Below, piece after piece: positions 15,462-24,113 of a stretch of DNA of 32,000 nucleotides. The DNA lies in contig CP126532.1 of the NCBI GenBank assembly GCA_030167145.1, positions 1,440,001 to 1,472,000 of the forward strand, given 5' to 3'. Under the pieces are notes generated by a model. That model searched no databases, was not told where the DNA came from, and saw only the letters and a program-made list of their open reading frames with translations. The stretch comes from Ktedonobacterales bacterium. Lineage in GTDB: Bacteria; Chloroflexota; Ktedonobacteria; Ktedonobacterales; JADMIN01. Position 1 is the first letter of the stretch; each line of letters begins with the position of its first letter. The position numbers and the translations under genes are program-made.

Positions 15462-16859
15462 ATGGAACGCCAGAACCGCGTCCGTAGCGTGCTCTCGCGA
15501 CTTCCAAGCCTCCTGGTGGTGGCGGCGCTGGTGGCGGGCCTCTTCGCCACGATCACCGCGCTGCAACGCCGCGCCGCATCTCCCCAGGCGACAACCTTCC
15601 TCGGCGATACGCTCACCATCTCCACCGCTGAGCGCGGCCATATCCTCTGCCCCACGCAGGCCGCCTTCTCGCCCGATGGCGCGCAGGTCGCTGTCTGGGG
15701 CGCGACGCAATCCTGTCGCGCCGCGAACGCCGCTCCCGCGCTCGTGCCACATACCCTCGCGTTTTATGTCACCCGCAGCGGAGCGCTGCTCAACACCATT
15801 GCGCTGGACCCACTGATTGGCGTGGACGACACACAGCGCGGCCCGGCGCAACCCGTGCGTGCGGTGCGCTATTTCGGGCTGGGCTGGTCGCCGGACGGCG
15901 CGCACCTTGCCTTCGCCTTCGCCACCTTCGACGACAGCCACCACATCACCCAGGATGACCTGCTCGATTCCGGCCTGCTGCTGGTGGATACGCACACCGC
16001 CAGCGCCACCGTCATTCATGGCGATGCCGGTTTCTTCTCTGCCCCCACCAGCAGCTACATGGGCTTTCCAGTATGGAATCTCACCCATCCCTCGGTGACG
16101 CCCGCGTTCACCCCGTCCCCCGCGCTCGCCTACGCCTGGGGCGCGGACGGCCTGCCCGAAGCGATTCTCCCGCTCGGCGCGGCCCCACTGAGTCACCTGC
16201 CGATCAACGCCGGACCGCGCTATCCGGTTGGCGTCCCCGCTGGCGATTCGACCTACACCACCTGGCAGCCCGGCATCCTCTTCGGACCCGACGCGCGCCC
16301 CGGTATGACGGGCGCTGGCCCCAGCACGGGCGCGCTGGTCTCAGTCTTTCCCGCGTGGTCGCCCGATGGCGCGCACCTGACGCTGATGGTCACGGGCAAC
16401 GCCCTCGCCCTGCCCGATAGCGTCGCACGAGCGGGCAGCAACGCCACGCCGGGCGGCGCGGGCAGCCTCGATTTCCCATTCCCCGCCAGCCTGACACAAG
16501 TGCCCGCGCGTGACGCCGCGCTCACCGCCGCGCAGCGGGAGATTGGCCGCGCGGGCTGGGCGCTGGTCGCGTGGAATCCGGGCGGCACGCTGCTGGCGAG
16601 CGTCGCCTGCTCCGACCAGAACGAAACCCTCACGCTGCGCCAGACCGAATCCGGCCAGACCGCCACCCAAACGCCGCTCACGCTGGGGCGCGATGACCAC
16701 GGCTGCGCGGGCGCATTCAGCGGCGAGAACGCTGGCGACTATCCGAGCATGAACCAGTGGCTACGCTGGTCAAGCGACGGCAATTCTTTGCTCCTCACCG
16801 ACGCGACGGCGGCTACGGTCACGCTCTGGAACCTTCGCTCCGCCCCACCGGCGTCATAG
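15462..16859 (+). CDS. Membrane-anchored/secreted beta-propeller repeat protein (PD40/WD40-like)
   Basis: N-terminal anchor 'LPSLLVVAALVAGLFATI'. Recurrent 'FSPDGAQVAV', 'WSPDGAHLAF', 'WSPDGAHLTL', 'WNPGGTLLAS' and 'WSSDGNSLLL'. GGAGAAGGA SD upstream. Confidence 0.75.
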   Translation: MERQNRVRSVLSRLPSLLVVAALVAGLFATITALQRRAASPQATTFLGDTLTISTAERGHILCPTQAAFSPDGAQVAVWGATQSCRAANAAPALVPHTLAFYVTRSGALLNTIALDPLIGVDDTQRGPAQPVRAVRYFGLGWSPDGAHLAFAFATFDDSHHITQDDLLDSGLLLVDTHTASATVIHGDAGFFSAPTSSYMGFPVWNLTHPSVTPAFTPSPALAYAWGADGLPEAILPLGAAPLSHLPINAGPRYPVGVPAGDSTYTTWQPGILFGPDARPGMTGAGPSTGALVSVFPAWSPDGAHLTLMVTGNALALPDSVARAGSNATPGGAGSLDFPFPASLTQVPARDAALTAAQREIGRAGWALVAWNPGGTLLASVACSDQNETLTLRQTESGQTATQTPLTLGRDDHGCAGAFSGENAGDYPSMNQWLRWSSDGNSLLLTDATAATVTLWNLRSAPPAS

Positions 16860-17936
16860 CGCGTTATCGGCGTCTACCCCACCGCGCGATACCCCCGCCA
16901 GCGCATACGGAAATCCGTTCTCGCTCATTGTTTGCGGCAGGAAGCTCGCCCGCTGAGCTGTGGCAATGCTCTCGCGTACATCTTGCTCGCCGAAGATGCC
17001 GTGTTCGAGCAACAGGCGGTACTCCTTGACAACATTGGTTCCCAGCATTTGCGGCCCGTCGGTATTGATCGTCACCGCAACGCCATGCGAGCGCAGCGTG
17101 GTGAGAATATGCCGCAGTTCTTCCAGGTCGCGCACCGCATGGGTGCGTAGATTCGAGGTCGGACAGACCTCCAGCACGATGCCGCGCTCGGCCACCACCG
17201 CCATCAATCGCTCGTCATAGGCGCTGAGAATGCCGTGGCCCACACGGTCTGGCCGCAGGTGCTCCACGACCTCCCACATATCCTCGATGCGCCCCTCCTC
17301 GCCGGTGTGAATCGTCACACCCAGCCCCGCCTCGCGCGCCCGCTCCACCAGCCCCTGATGCTCGCGATACGAGAACACGGGGTTCGGCGGCCCAGCGATG
17401 TCTATGCCGATCACGCCGCGATTACGGAAGCGCAGCGCCTTCTCGACGATGATCGCGTTCAGTTCCAGCGGAAACGTGCGGTCCATCATCAGAATCAGCC
17501 CGGAGCGCACCTGCGGATATTCCAGCAGCGCGCGGTCCTGCCCGCGCAGGGCGGCGGCGATGATATGGTCGAGATCCTGCTCGCCCTCGCGGTTGCGCTT
17601 CATCGGATTGAAGCGCAGTTCCAGCGTGGTGACGTTGCTCTTGCGATACGCCCCGCCGATGATCTCATACACGGAGCGTTCGATAGCCAGCGGGCTGGAT
17701 TGGATCAATTCGGTCCAGCGGAAGATCAGATCATATTCGGCGAGATTATTCACTTTGTCAGGGTGGCTGACGCTGATAAGCTCCACGAACTCCCAGTAAT
17801 CCTTGGTCGGCAGACGGATGCCCTGCTGATGCGCGATGCTCCACATGATCGCCGCATCCACCGCGCCGCCCACATGCGAGTGCAGTTCCGTCAGTTCGGG
17901 CCGCTCATCCAGGATACTCGCTTTCGTCACAAACAC
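16854..17936 (-). CDS. Adenosine deaminase family amidohydrolase
   Basis: 360 aa, GTG start. 'ELHSHVGG' metal-binding HxH, 'GIDIAGPP', 'HTGEEG', 'VGHGI', 'EVCPTSN' and 'INTDGP'. Confidence 0.88.
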   Translation of the reverse strand: MFVTKASILDERPELTELHSHVGGAVDAAIMWSIAHQQGIRLPTKDYWEFVELISVSHPDKVNNLAEYDLIFRWTELIQSSPLAIERSVYEIIGGAYRKSNVTTLELRFNPMKRNREGEQDLDHIIAAALRGQDRALLEYPQVRSGLILMMDRTFPLELNAIIVEKALRFRNRGVIGIDIAGPPNPVFSYREHQGLVERAREAGLGVTIHTGEEGRIEDMWEVVEHLRPDRVGHGILSAYDERLMAVVAERGIVLEVCPTSNLRTHAVRDLEELRHILTTLRSHGVAVTINTDGPQMLGTNVVKEYRLLLEHGIFGEQDVRESIATAQRASFLPQTMSENGFPYALAGVSRGGVDADNAL

Positions 17937-18023
17937 CTCCTCGTGTGGTGGGCAACAACCCCACTTTTCGCATCGGGTAATTTGAAAGATTGTATCACAA
18001 GAACGCCGCCCGCTATCCTCCCG

Positions 18024-18623
18024 CTACTCTACCGTATAGACCCGCACCGTATCGCCCGTGGCGATGCGCCCAACACGCAGCACCCGCGCATACACGCGGC
18101 TCTCGCCCGCATGCAGCTTCTGCGAGATGCGCGTGAAATCGCCGTCGCTGAACGAGTCGGTGATGTTCACGCATGGCGTCGTATACGACACGACCTCGGC
18201 CTCCACCTCATCCCCCAGCGCCAGCCGCGCCCCCGGCGCGAGCAGCGCCTGCGCAATGCCCGCCAGCGTAATGTTCTCGCCCGTCGAGCCAGGCGCAATC
18301 GGATGCCCCTCCGCCTGAAGCGCCGCAATCTGTTCCAGCGTATAGATGCACAGCGCCCCGTTGATGCCGCCGTGGTGCCGTTGGTCGCGGTGATAGTCGC
18401 CCTCGATGCCCAGTGTCGTCACCATCCCCTCCGCTATCGGCAGCTTCGGCACACCGCCCCGCGATACGTTGATCTGCGCAATCCGCCCCTCCGCCGCCAG
18501 CGAATAGCCCTGCCAGTCCCGCTCGTCTTCGCGTGTCACACGTCGCCTCTCGTTCTCTTCACCATGCTCCAACCGGGTTTCCCTATACTCTACCGCACCT
18601 GCCCGCCAGCATACCCACACCAA
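18024..18623 (-). CDS. MOSC domain-containing protein
   Basis: 'GRIAQINVSRGGVPKLPI...LGIEGDYHRDQRHHGG...GENITLAGI...TTPCVNI...RVYARVLRVGRIATGDTV' is typical of MOSC. The N-terminal ~40 aa are uncertain, so the true start may lie downstream. Confidence 0.78.
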   Translation of the reverse strand: MVWVCWRAGAVEYRETRLEHGEENERRRVTREDERDWQGYSLAAEGRIAQINVSRGGVPKLPIAEGMVTTLGIEGDYHRDQRHHGGINGALCIYTLEQIAALQAEGHPIAPGSTGENITLAGIAQALLAPGARLALGDEVEAEVVSYTTPCVNITDSFSDGDFTRISQKLHAGESRVYARVLRVGRIATGDTVRVYTVE

Positions 18624-18761
18624 AGCATCTCCTCGCTCGACGCTCGGCCCCGCTTCTGCGATAGACTACGTACAGGCGAGGCATGGCGCAAGACCGCGCG
18701 CGGCAGCCATCTTGCGGTGTGTTTGGGTTGTGGTATGCAGTGGGCGCAAAGGAGCGGGCCA

Positions 18762-19847
18762 ATGGGCGGCGATGTCTATCTCCTCGAAGAAAACGCCATT
18801 GAAGTCTTGTCTTACTGGGGACTGAACCCTGGCGACTGGCAGGTCGCGGGCGTCATCACCAGCGGGCTGGAGAGCATCGCCCGTCCGCTGCTGGAGATCG
18901 GTGACCAGCGCTACGTCCTGCGCCGCCAGCCACCCGACCTCACCGAGAACGACACACTCTTCCGCCATGCATTCATGCGCCACCTCGCCGCCCGCGACCT
19001 CCCCGTTCCCGCGTTCCTGCCGCGCCCCGAAGGCCACACCTACGCCGTCGTCAACGATGGCATCTACGAGTTGCAAACCTGGCGCGTCGGCAACCGCTAC
19101 GCCACCGGCGACCCCGAAGAAGACGACATGCTCGAAGCTGCGGCGGCCACTCTGGGCCGTCTGCATCAGGCGTCAGCAGACTTCCAGTGGCAGCATCACA
19201 CCCGTTCGGACGACCGCACCGGCGCGGCGCTGGCCCAGGCGTATACCAGCTTGATACGCGAGCAGGCCGAGCGCGGCGCGCTGCCAGAAAGCATCGCGGC
19301 AGGGCTGGCGCGTGTCGCCGATGCGTGCGACGAACGGCTGAGCGCGGCGGTTGAGGCGCTCGAAGCGCCCCCGCGCCCGCCGGAGCTTCACATCCACGGC
19401 GACTATCAGGCCCACAATCTCGCCTTTGGTCCCCAGGGCGTCGCCGCGCTCTACGACTTCGACGCCGCCCGCTGGGAGCGCCGCCTCGACGAGCTAGCCT
19501 ACAGCCTGCTGCTCTTCGCCGGTGTCCGCTGGGATGACCCACCAACCATCACCCCGCCGCTGGTAGATGATGGGCTGGACGTGCTGCGCGCGCACCGCTA
19601 TCTCAGCGCCTACGGCCGCGAGGCCCCGCCCGCCGAGGGCGAGGCGCGACTACTCGCCGATGCGCTGACGCTTACCTTCCCCATCGTCTTCGCCAACGCC
19701 ATCGCCGAAGACCTCGTCTATCCCGACGACTACGACGGCCCACCCGACGAAGAAGACGCCCTGGCGCGGCTGCACTGGGCGGACACCTTCTGGCTCTGGC
19801 TCGACCGCTACCGCGACACCCTCGCCGAAACCTGGGAGCATGCCTGA
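18762..19847 (+). CDS. Phosphotransferase enzyme family protein (APH/choline-kinase-like)
   Basis: Only the last 361 codons of the 870-aa track ORF are used. AAGGAG lies 7 nt upstream of ATG 18762. Motifs: 'YVLRR', 'HIHGDYQAHNLAF' (HGDxxxxN) and 'ALYDFDAARW' (DFD). Confidence 0.8.
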   Translation: MGGDVYLLEENAIEVLSYWGLNPGDWQVAGVITSGLESIARPLLEIGDQRYVLRRQPPDLTENDTLFRHAFMRHLAARDLPVPAFLPRPEGHTYAVVNDGIYELQTWRVGNRYATGDPEEDDMLEAAAATLGRLHQASADFQWQHHTRSDDRTGAALAQAYTSLIREQAERGALPESIAAGLARVADACDERLSAAVEALEAPPRPPELHIHGDYQAHNLAFGPQGVAALYDFDAARWERRLDELAYSLLLFAGVRWDDPPTITPPLVDDGLDVLRAHRYLSAYGREAPPAEGEARLLADALTLTFPIVFANAIAEDLVYPDDYDGPPDEEDALARLHWADTFWLWLDRYRDTLAETWEHA

Positions 19848-19848
19848 A

Positions 19849-21039
19849 TCACGCCAGCAGCGGCGTGATCTCCATCTGCGCGGGGGTGCCCGTCACTTCG
19901 ATGCCGCCCGGCAGCAGCAGCACATCCACCTCTGTCCGCACGCCAATGCCCTCCTGCGGCAAGTAAATCCCTGGCTCCATGCTGGTGCAGGTGTTCGCCA
20001 GCAGTGGGCGCGTATCGTGCGTCTCCAGGTTATCCAGGTGCGCGCCGTTGCCATGCACCCGCGAGCCGATATTGTGCCCCGTGCGATGCACGAACGCCTC
20101 ACCGTAGCCTGCCCCTGTCACCACCGTGCGCACCGCGTCGTCCACCTCCCAGCCCTCGATCCGCTGCCCCGCCTCGAAGCGGCTGCGCAGCAGCGCCACG
20201 CCCGCATCGCGCGCATCGCGAATCACCGCGAAGAGCGCCGCCATCCGCTCCGGCACGCGCTCGCCCAAATACACCATCTGCGTGTAATCCGCAAATATCG
20301 TCCCCTCCCCCGGCATCCGCGCGCTGAAGTCCAGCAGCAGCAGATCCCCCTGGCGCAGCGGCGCGTTGCGCTCAGCCGTCGGACTGTAGTGCGGATTCGC
20401 CGCGTTGCCATTCACCGCCACCAGCGGCAACTCGCCGGGGTCAACTTCTAGCCCTTCGAGTGTCATCATCCGCCCAAATTCACGCTGTGCGTCATACTCC
20501 GTCAGCGGCATCTTCGCCGCCATCTGCGCCCGCAGCCACGGCAGCAGCGCCGCATAGGCCCGCATCAGCGCGTGCCCCGCCTCGCGGTGCGACTCCATCT
20601 GTTCCGCCGTCAGCACCGCCTCGAAGCGTTGCGCGAAGTCCGCCGACGAGACCACCTCCGGCCCCAGCGCGCGCACCAGTTCCACCGTGCCCGCATCCAC
20701 CCACGACACATACGGAATCGCGTTCTCCGGCACGTACTCCATCGCCACGTGCCGCGCGCCCGCCAGCATCTCGCCCAGGTGTACGCGATACTCCTGCCAC
20801 GTGCGATACACGCGCTTCTCGCCCGGCAGCCCCGCCAGCACGTGCGACTCCACCGCGCTCACCAGCGCCACCGGCTCACCCTGCGCGGGCACGTAATAGC
20901 ACCACCTGCGCGAGAAAAACGCATGCTCCGCCAGCCCCAGCACATGATGCGCCACCGGATTCGAGCGCCGAAAATCATACATCAGCCAGCCGTCAACGCC
21001 CGCATCGCGCACGGCTGCCCGCAACGCCTCGATCTCCAT
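19849..21039 (-). CDS. M24 family metallopeptidase (Xaa-Pro aminopeptidase/dipeptidase-like)
   Basis: 'GDLLLLDFSA', 'HRTGHNIGSRVHGNG' and 'GIGVRTEVDVLL' metal-ligand motifs. ATG at comp. 21037-21039 with AAGGCGG SD. A GTG 6 codons upstream (21057) is an alternative start. Confidence 0.88.
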   Translation of the reverse strand: MEIEALRAAVRDAGVDGWLMYDFRRSNPVAHHVLGLAEHAFFSRRWCYYVPAQGEPVALVSAVESHVLAGLPGEKRVYRTWQEYRVHLGEMLAGARHVAMEYVPENAIPYVSWVDAGTVELVRALGPEVVSSADFAQRFEAVLTAEQMESHREAGHALMRAYAALLPWLRAQMAAKMPLTEYDAQREFGRMMTLEGLEVDPGELPLVAVNGNAANPHYSPTAERNAPLRQGDLLLLDFSARMPGEGTIFADYTQMVYLGERVPERMAALFAVIRDARDAGVALLRSRFEAGQRIEGWEVDDAVRTVVTGAGYGEAFVHRTGHNIGSRVHGNGAHLDNLETHDTRPLLANTCTSMEPGIYLPQEGIGVRTEVDVLLLPGGIEVTGTPAQMEITPLLA

Positions 21040-21134
21040 GCTGTTACCGCCTTTCACTTCACGCGACTATCCCCAAGATGATAGCAGACCTGTCCGCATG
21101 ATGCGCCTATACAATGACACCGACACCGCTCTGT

Positions 21135-21249
21135 CCCGAACCCGCGCAGGCGGGGCCAACCTGCGGCGCAGCTAGCGACGTGGAGGAGCGGAGCAGGTTG
21201 TGAGCGCAGCGGAGCGGCTGTAAGCCATTCAGGCGCGGTTTCAACCGCC
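21135..21249. repeat. REP/MITE-like element, long copy (family 1)
   Basis: Shares 'cccgaacccgcgcaggcggg' (left end) and 'gccatt-caggcgcggtttcaaccgcc' (right end) with 6130-6189. Carries ~55 extra internal bp, including the inverted repeat CAACCTGC...GCAGGTTG. Confidence 0.6.
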
Positions 21250-21654
21250 CGCTCCGCTATGCAAGTTTGCGGTCAAGCGATAGGAGTTCACGTGGTCGTG
21301 GTGCTGCTCTGTAAACGTAACGCATCCCCATACGTCTGAAAGAACAACCACGGCGGACACAGCAATGTAAAGCTGGCAGCGATGTTGCTAGCGCATGGCC
21401 CAGCGTCGTGGATATCCGGGACTGCATGAGACATCAAACGCCGAATACGCACGCTCACGCCTCGTGTGTTAGATAATGCAGCGTGAGGCCACGCGCGCCG
21501 GGGAACCACTGTTACCCGATGCGCGTAGTACGTAGTACGATGAGATTTCGTTCGCGCGTGCGTGTGCTGCTGAGAGATGGAGGGCCACCAGCGTAACATC
21601 GTGTGTGGGACTGTGGCGCGCATCATAGCGCTTCGGGCCGTCCTGGCGCGAGAG

Positions 21655-21710
21655 TTGAATCTGCTGCGCGGTTCGCACACATAATACGAGTGTTCTCGCG
21701 AGTGTTCTCA
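21655..21710 (+). promoter_or_regulatory. Weak promoter-like boxes followed by a tandem 12-mer, upstream of moxR
   Basis: TTGAAT (21655-21660), 19-nt spacer, CATAAT (21680-21685). Then cgagtgttctcg / cgagtgttctca in tandem (21687-21698 and 21699-21710). About 120 nt upstream of the MoxR start. Confidence 0.3.
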
Positions 21711-21827
21711 AGCGTTGTGGACGTGCGTGGATATGGGGAGTGGAGCGACTGCCCCGATAGCGTGGAGAAAGGAGCGCGGCCGGTCCGGCGCCGACCCACC
21801 AGCGGAGATGGCTTCGCATGAGGTCGC

Positions 21828-22841
21828 GTGTCGGGGCCGCAACAGCGCGTGAAATTGGAAGATCGTCCTGCTGTATCCATCCGCGAATTCAGCGAAGCTG
21901 CCGAGCGCGTCATCGAAAACATCGAGCGCGTCATCATCGGCAAGCACGAAGCCGTCCGGCTCACGCTGATCGCCGTACTCTGTGGTGGCCACGTCTTGAT
22001 CGAAGACGTGCCCGGCGTCGGCAAAACCGTGCTGGCGAAGTCCATCGCCCGCTCCATCGGCTGCACCTTCAAGCGCATCCAGTTCACCCCAGACCTCCTG
22101 CCCAGCGATGTCACGGGGGTCTCGATGTACAACCAGCGCGCAGGCGAATTCGAGTATCGCCCCGGCCCCATCATGAGCCAGTTCGTCCTCGCCGACGAAA
22201 TCAACCGCGCCACACCGAAAACCCAATCGGCGCTGCTCGAAGCCATGGAAGAACAGCAGGTGACGGTAGACGGCGTCACCCATCTACTGCCCGCACCCTT
22301 CATCGTCATGGCCACGCAAAACCCCATCGAATATGAAGGCACCTTCCCACTCCCCGAAGCGCAACTCGACCGCTTCCTGCTCAACATCAGCATGGGCTAC
22401 CCTTCGCCCGCCGATGAAGTCACCATCATGGACCGCCAGCAGCGCTCGCACCCGATAGATTCGCTGGAACAAATCCTCAGCGAAGAAGACCTGCGCGTCA
22501 TGCAGGCTCAGGTGCGCGAGATGCGCATCGAGAAAGAGATCCGCGAGTACATCGTTTCGATTGTCGCCGCCACCCGCCAGCACCAGCAAGTCTACCTCGG
22601 CGCCAGCCCGCGAGGCTCCCTCGGCCTCTTCCACGCCTCCCAGGCGATGGCCGCGCTGCGCGGCGGCGACTTCGTCAAAGCCGATGACGTGAAGGCGCTG
22701 GTCAAGCCCGTCCTCAGCCATCGCATCATCGTCGCGCCCGCCGCCCGTGTGCGCGGCGTCACCCCCGCGACGATCCTCGATGAAGTGCTGGGGCTAGTGC
22801 CAGTTCCGGGTGGCCCCGGATCGTACAACGGAAGGCATTGA
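21828..22841 (+). CDS. MoxR family AAA+ ATPase
   Basis: '[20 protein letters not shown]' (Walker A), '[24 protein letters not shown]' (Walker B/AAA_3) and '[11 protein letters not shown]'. GTG start; an alternative GTG is at 21849. Confidence 0.93.
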   Translation: MSGPQQRVKLEDRPAVSIREFSEAAERVIENIERVIIGKHEAVRLTLIAVLCGGHVLIEDVPGVGKTVLAKSIARSIGCTFKRIQFTPDLLPSDVTGVSMYNQRAGEFEYRPGPIMSQFVLADEINRATPKTQSALLEAMEEQQVTVDGVTHLLPAPFIVMATQNPIEYEGTFPLPEAQLDRFLLNISMGYPSPADEVTIMDRQQRSHPIDSLEQILSEEDLRVMQAQVREMRIEKEIREYIVSIVAATRQHQQVYLGASPRGSLGLFHASQAMAALRGGDFVKADDVKALVKPVLSHRIIVAPAARVRGVTPATILDEVLGLVPVPGGPGSYNGRH

Positions 22842-22845
22842 GACC

Positions 22846-24045
22846 ATGCGCCCGTGGCAATTGATCGGCATGACCCTGATCCTCTGGGTGCTGGCCCTCA
22901 CCATCGGCTGGCGGCCCTTCTGGGTGCTGTCCTGGGCGCTCACCGTCGCGTTTCTGCTCTCGGTGGTCTGGCTCGCGCTCAGCATGAAGGGTCTCACCTT
23001 CAAGCGCTCCGCGCTGGGTGGCCGCGCGCAGGTTGGCGAGCGCGTCGAAGAACGCCTCGCGCTGGAGAACCACTCCTGGGTGCCCAAGCTCTGGGTGCAG
23101 GTGTCGGACGGCTCAACGTTGCCGGGCCATCATGCCGGCTATGTCTCCAGCGTCGGACCGCATCAGCGCATCGCCTGGCGCGCCCGCACCATCTGCCGTC
23201 GCCGGGGCCGCTACACCCTCGGCCCGGTGATCGCCGCCACCGGCGACCCGCTCGGCCTCTTCAAGCGCGAGCTATCCCTCGCGCCTGAGCACGAGTTGCT
23301 CGTCTTGCCGCCCGTGCTGCCCATCGCCACGTTCGCGCTCTTCCAAGGCTTGACGCCCGGTCGCGGGCGCGGCTCGCAGCGCTCGCTGCAAACCACCACC
23401 AACGCCGTGACCGTCCGCAACTACGTCCCTGGCGACGCGCTCACCCGCATCCACTGGCCCACCACCGCCCGTCTCGGCCAGTTCATGGTCAAAGAATTCG
23501 ACCTCGATCCGACGATTGACGTGGTGGTGCTGCTCGACCTCGACCGCGATATCCAGGTGGGCGAGGGCGATAGCTCCACCGAAGAATACGGCGTCACCAT
23601 CGCCGCAACCCTCACCTCCTACCTGCTCCGCCAGCAAGAGCTAGCCGTCGGCCTCTCCGTCAATGGCGCGAACGAAGCCTTGCTGCCACTGGATCGCGGT
23701 GAACGCCAGATTGACCGCGCCCTGGAGGTGCTGGCCATCGTCCATCCCCAGCGCTGGAGTCCACTCACCGAGGCGCTGGTCGCCGAGGAGATGCGTGTCG
23801 CCCGTAACACGGTGCTGGTCGTCATCACGCCTTCCACCGAGATGGAATGGGTCGAATCGCTGCATCATCTGCAACGGCGTGGCGTGCATCCGATGGTCAT
23901 CTTGCTCGATCCGCACTCCTTCGACGACAAACTTGGCGGCAACGCCGCCGTCGCCGATGCGTTGGTCGCGGCTGGCATTCCCGTCGTGCCCGTGCAGCGC
24001 GGTGATCCCTTGCTGCATGTGCTGGAACAAGGTCCACAATATTAG
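22846..24045 (+). CDS. DUF58 domain-containing protein (MoxR partner, vWA-like)
   Basis: Two N-terminal TM helices. Hallmark 'VRNYVPGDALTRIHWPTTARLGQFMVKEFD'. ATG lies 5 nt after the moxR stop. Confidence 0.88.
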   Translation: MRPWQLIGMTLILWVLALTIGWRPFWVLSWALTVAFLLSVVWLALSMKGLTFKRSALGGRAQVGERVEERLALENHSWVPKLWVQVSDGSTLPGHHAGYVSSVGPHQRIAWRARTICRRRGRYTLGPVIAATGDPLGLFKRELSLAPEHELLVLPPVLPIATFALFQGLTPGRGRGSQRSLQTTTNAVTVRNYVPGDALTRIHWPTTARLGQFMVKEFDLDPTIDVVVLLDLDRDIQVGEGDSSTEEYGVTIAATLTSYLLRQQELAVGLSVNGANEALLPLDRGERQIDRALEVLAIVHPQRWSPLTEALVAEEMRVARNTVLVVITPSTEMEWVESLHHLQRRGVHPMVILLDPHSFDDKLGGNAAVADALVAAGIPVVPVQRGDPLLHVLEQGPQY

Positions 24046-24113
24046 CGTCTTCCTGTGGTGGACGGCAGGCGCCGCCCCATCCCTGGCGGAATAGGATACT
24101 CTAGGATACTCCG

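Noticed and set aside
16854-17936. Adenosine deaminase as a RADAR-like (RdrB) defence component linked to the TIR gene
   Set aside because: At 360 aa with a standard Add-type motif set, it is far smaller than the large RdrB-type deaminases as I recall them. There is no adjacent RdrA-like ATPase, and two unrelated genes separate it from the TIR cassette.
17235-18761. N-terminal 509 codons of the 870-aa plus-strand track ORF (17235-19847)
   Set aside because: This part is antisense to the well-supported adenosine deaminase and MOSC genes and is Arg/His/Gln/Pro-rich with no domain signature. Only the last 361 codons, which have their own AAGGAG SD, look like a real APH-type kinase. It is a typical high-GC antisense read-through ORF.
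20460-21101. 213-aa and 169-aa plus-strand ORFs (Pro/Ala/Arg-rich) opposite the M24 peptidase gene
   Set aside because: Low-complexity antisense translation. The minus-strand frame carries the M24 metal-ligand motifs.
21292-21339. 15-codon micro-ORF (GTG, AGGAG 5 nt upstream; VVVVLLCKRNASPYV)
   Set aside because: The SD-like spacing is good, but the ORF is too short to support from sequence alone and there is no evidence of conservation. I kept it only as part of the ORF-free-region finding.
21288-21819. 130-aa and 116-aa minus-strand ORFs and a 72-aa plus-strand ORF in the moxR upstream gap
   Set aside because: Arg/His/Ser/Thr-rich sequences with no GC3 bias comparable to neighbouring genes, no SD and no motifs.
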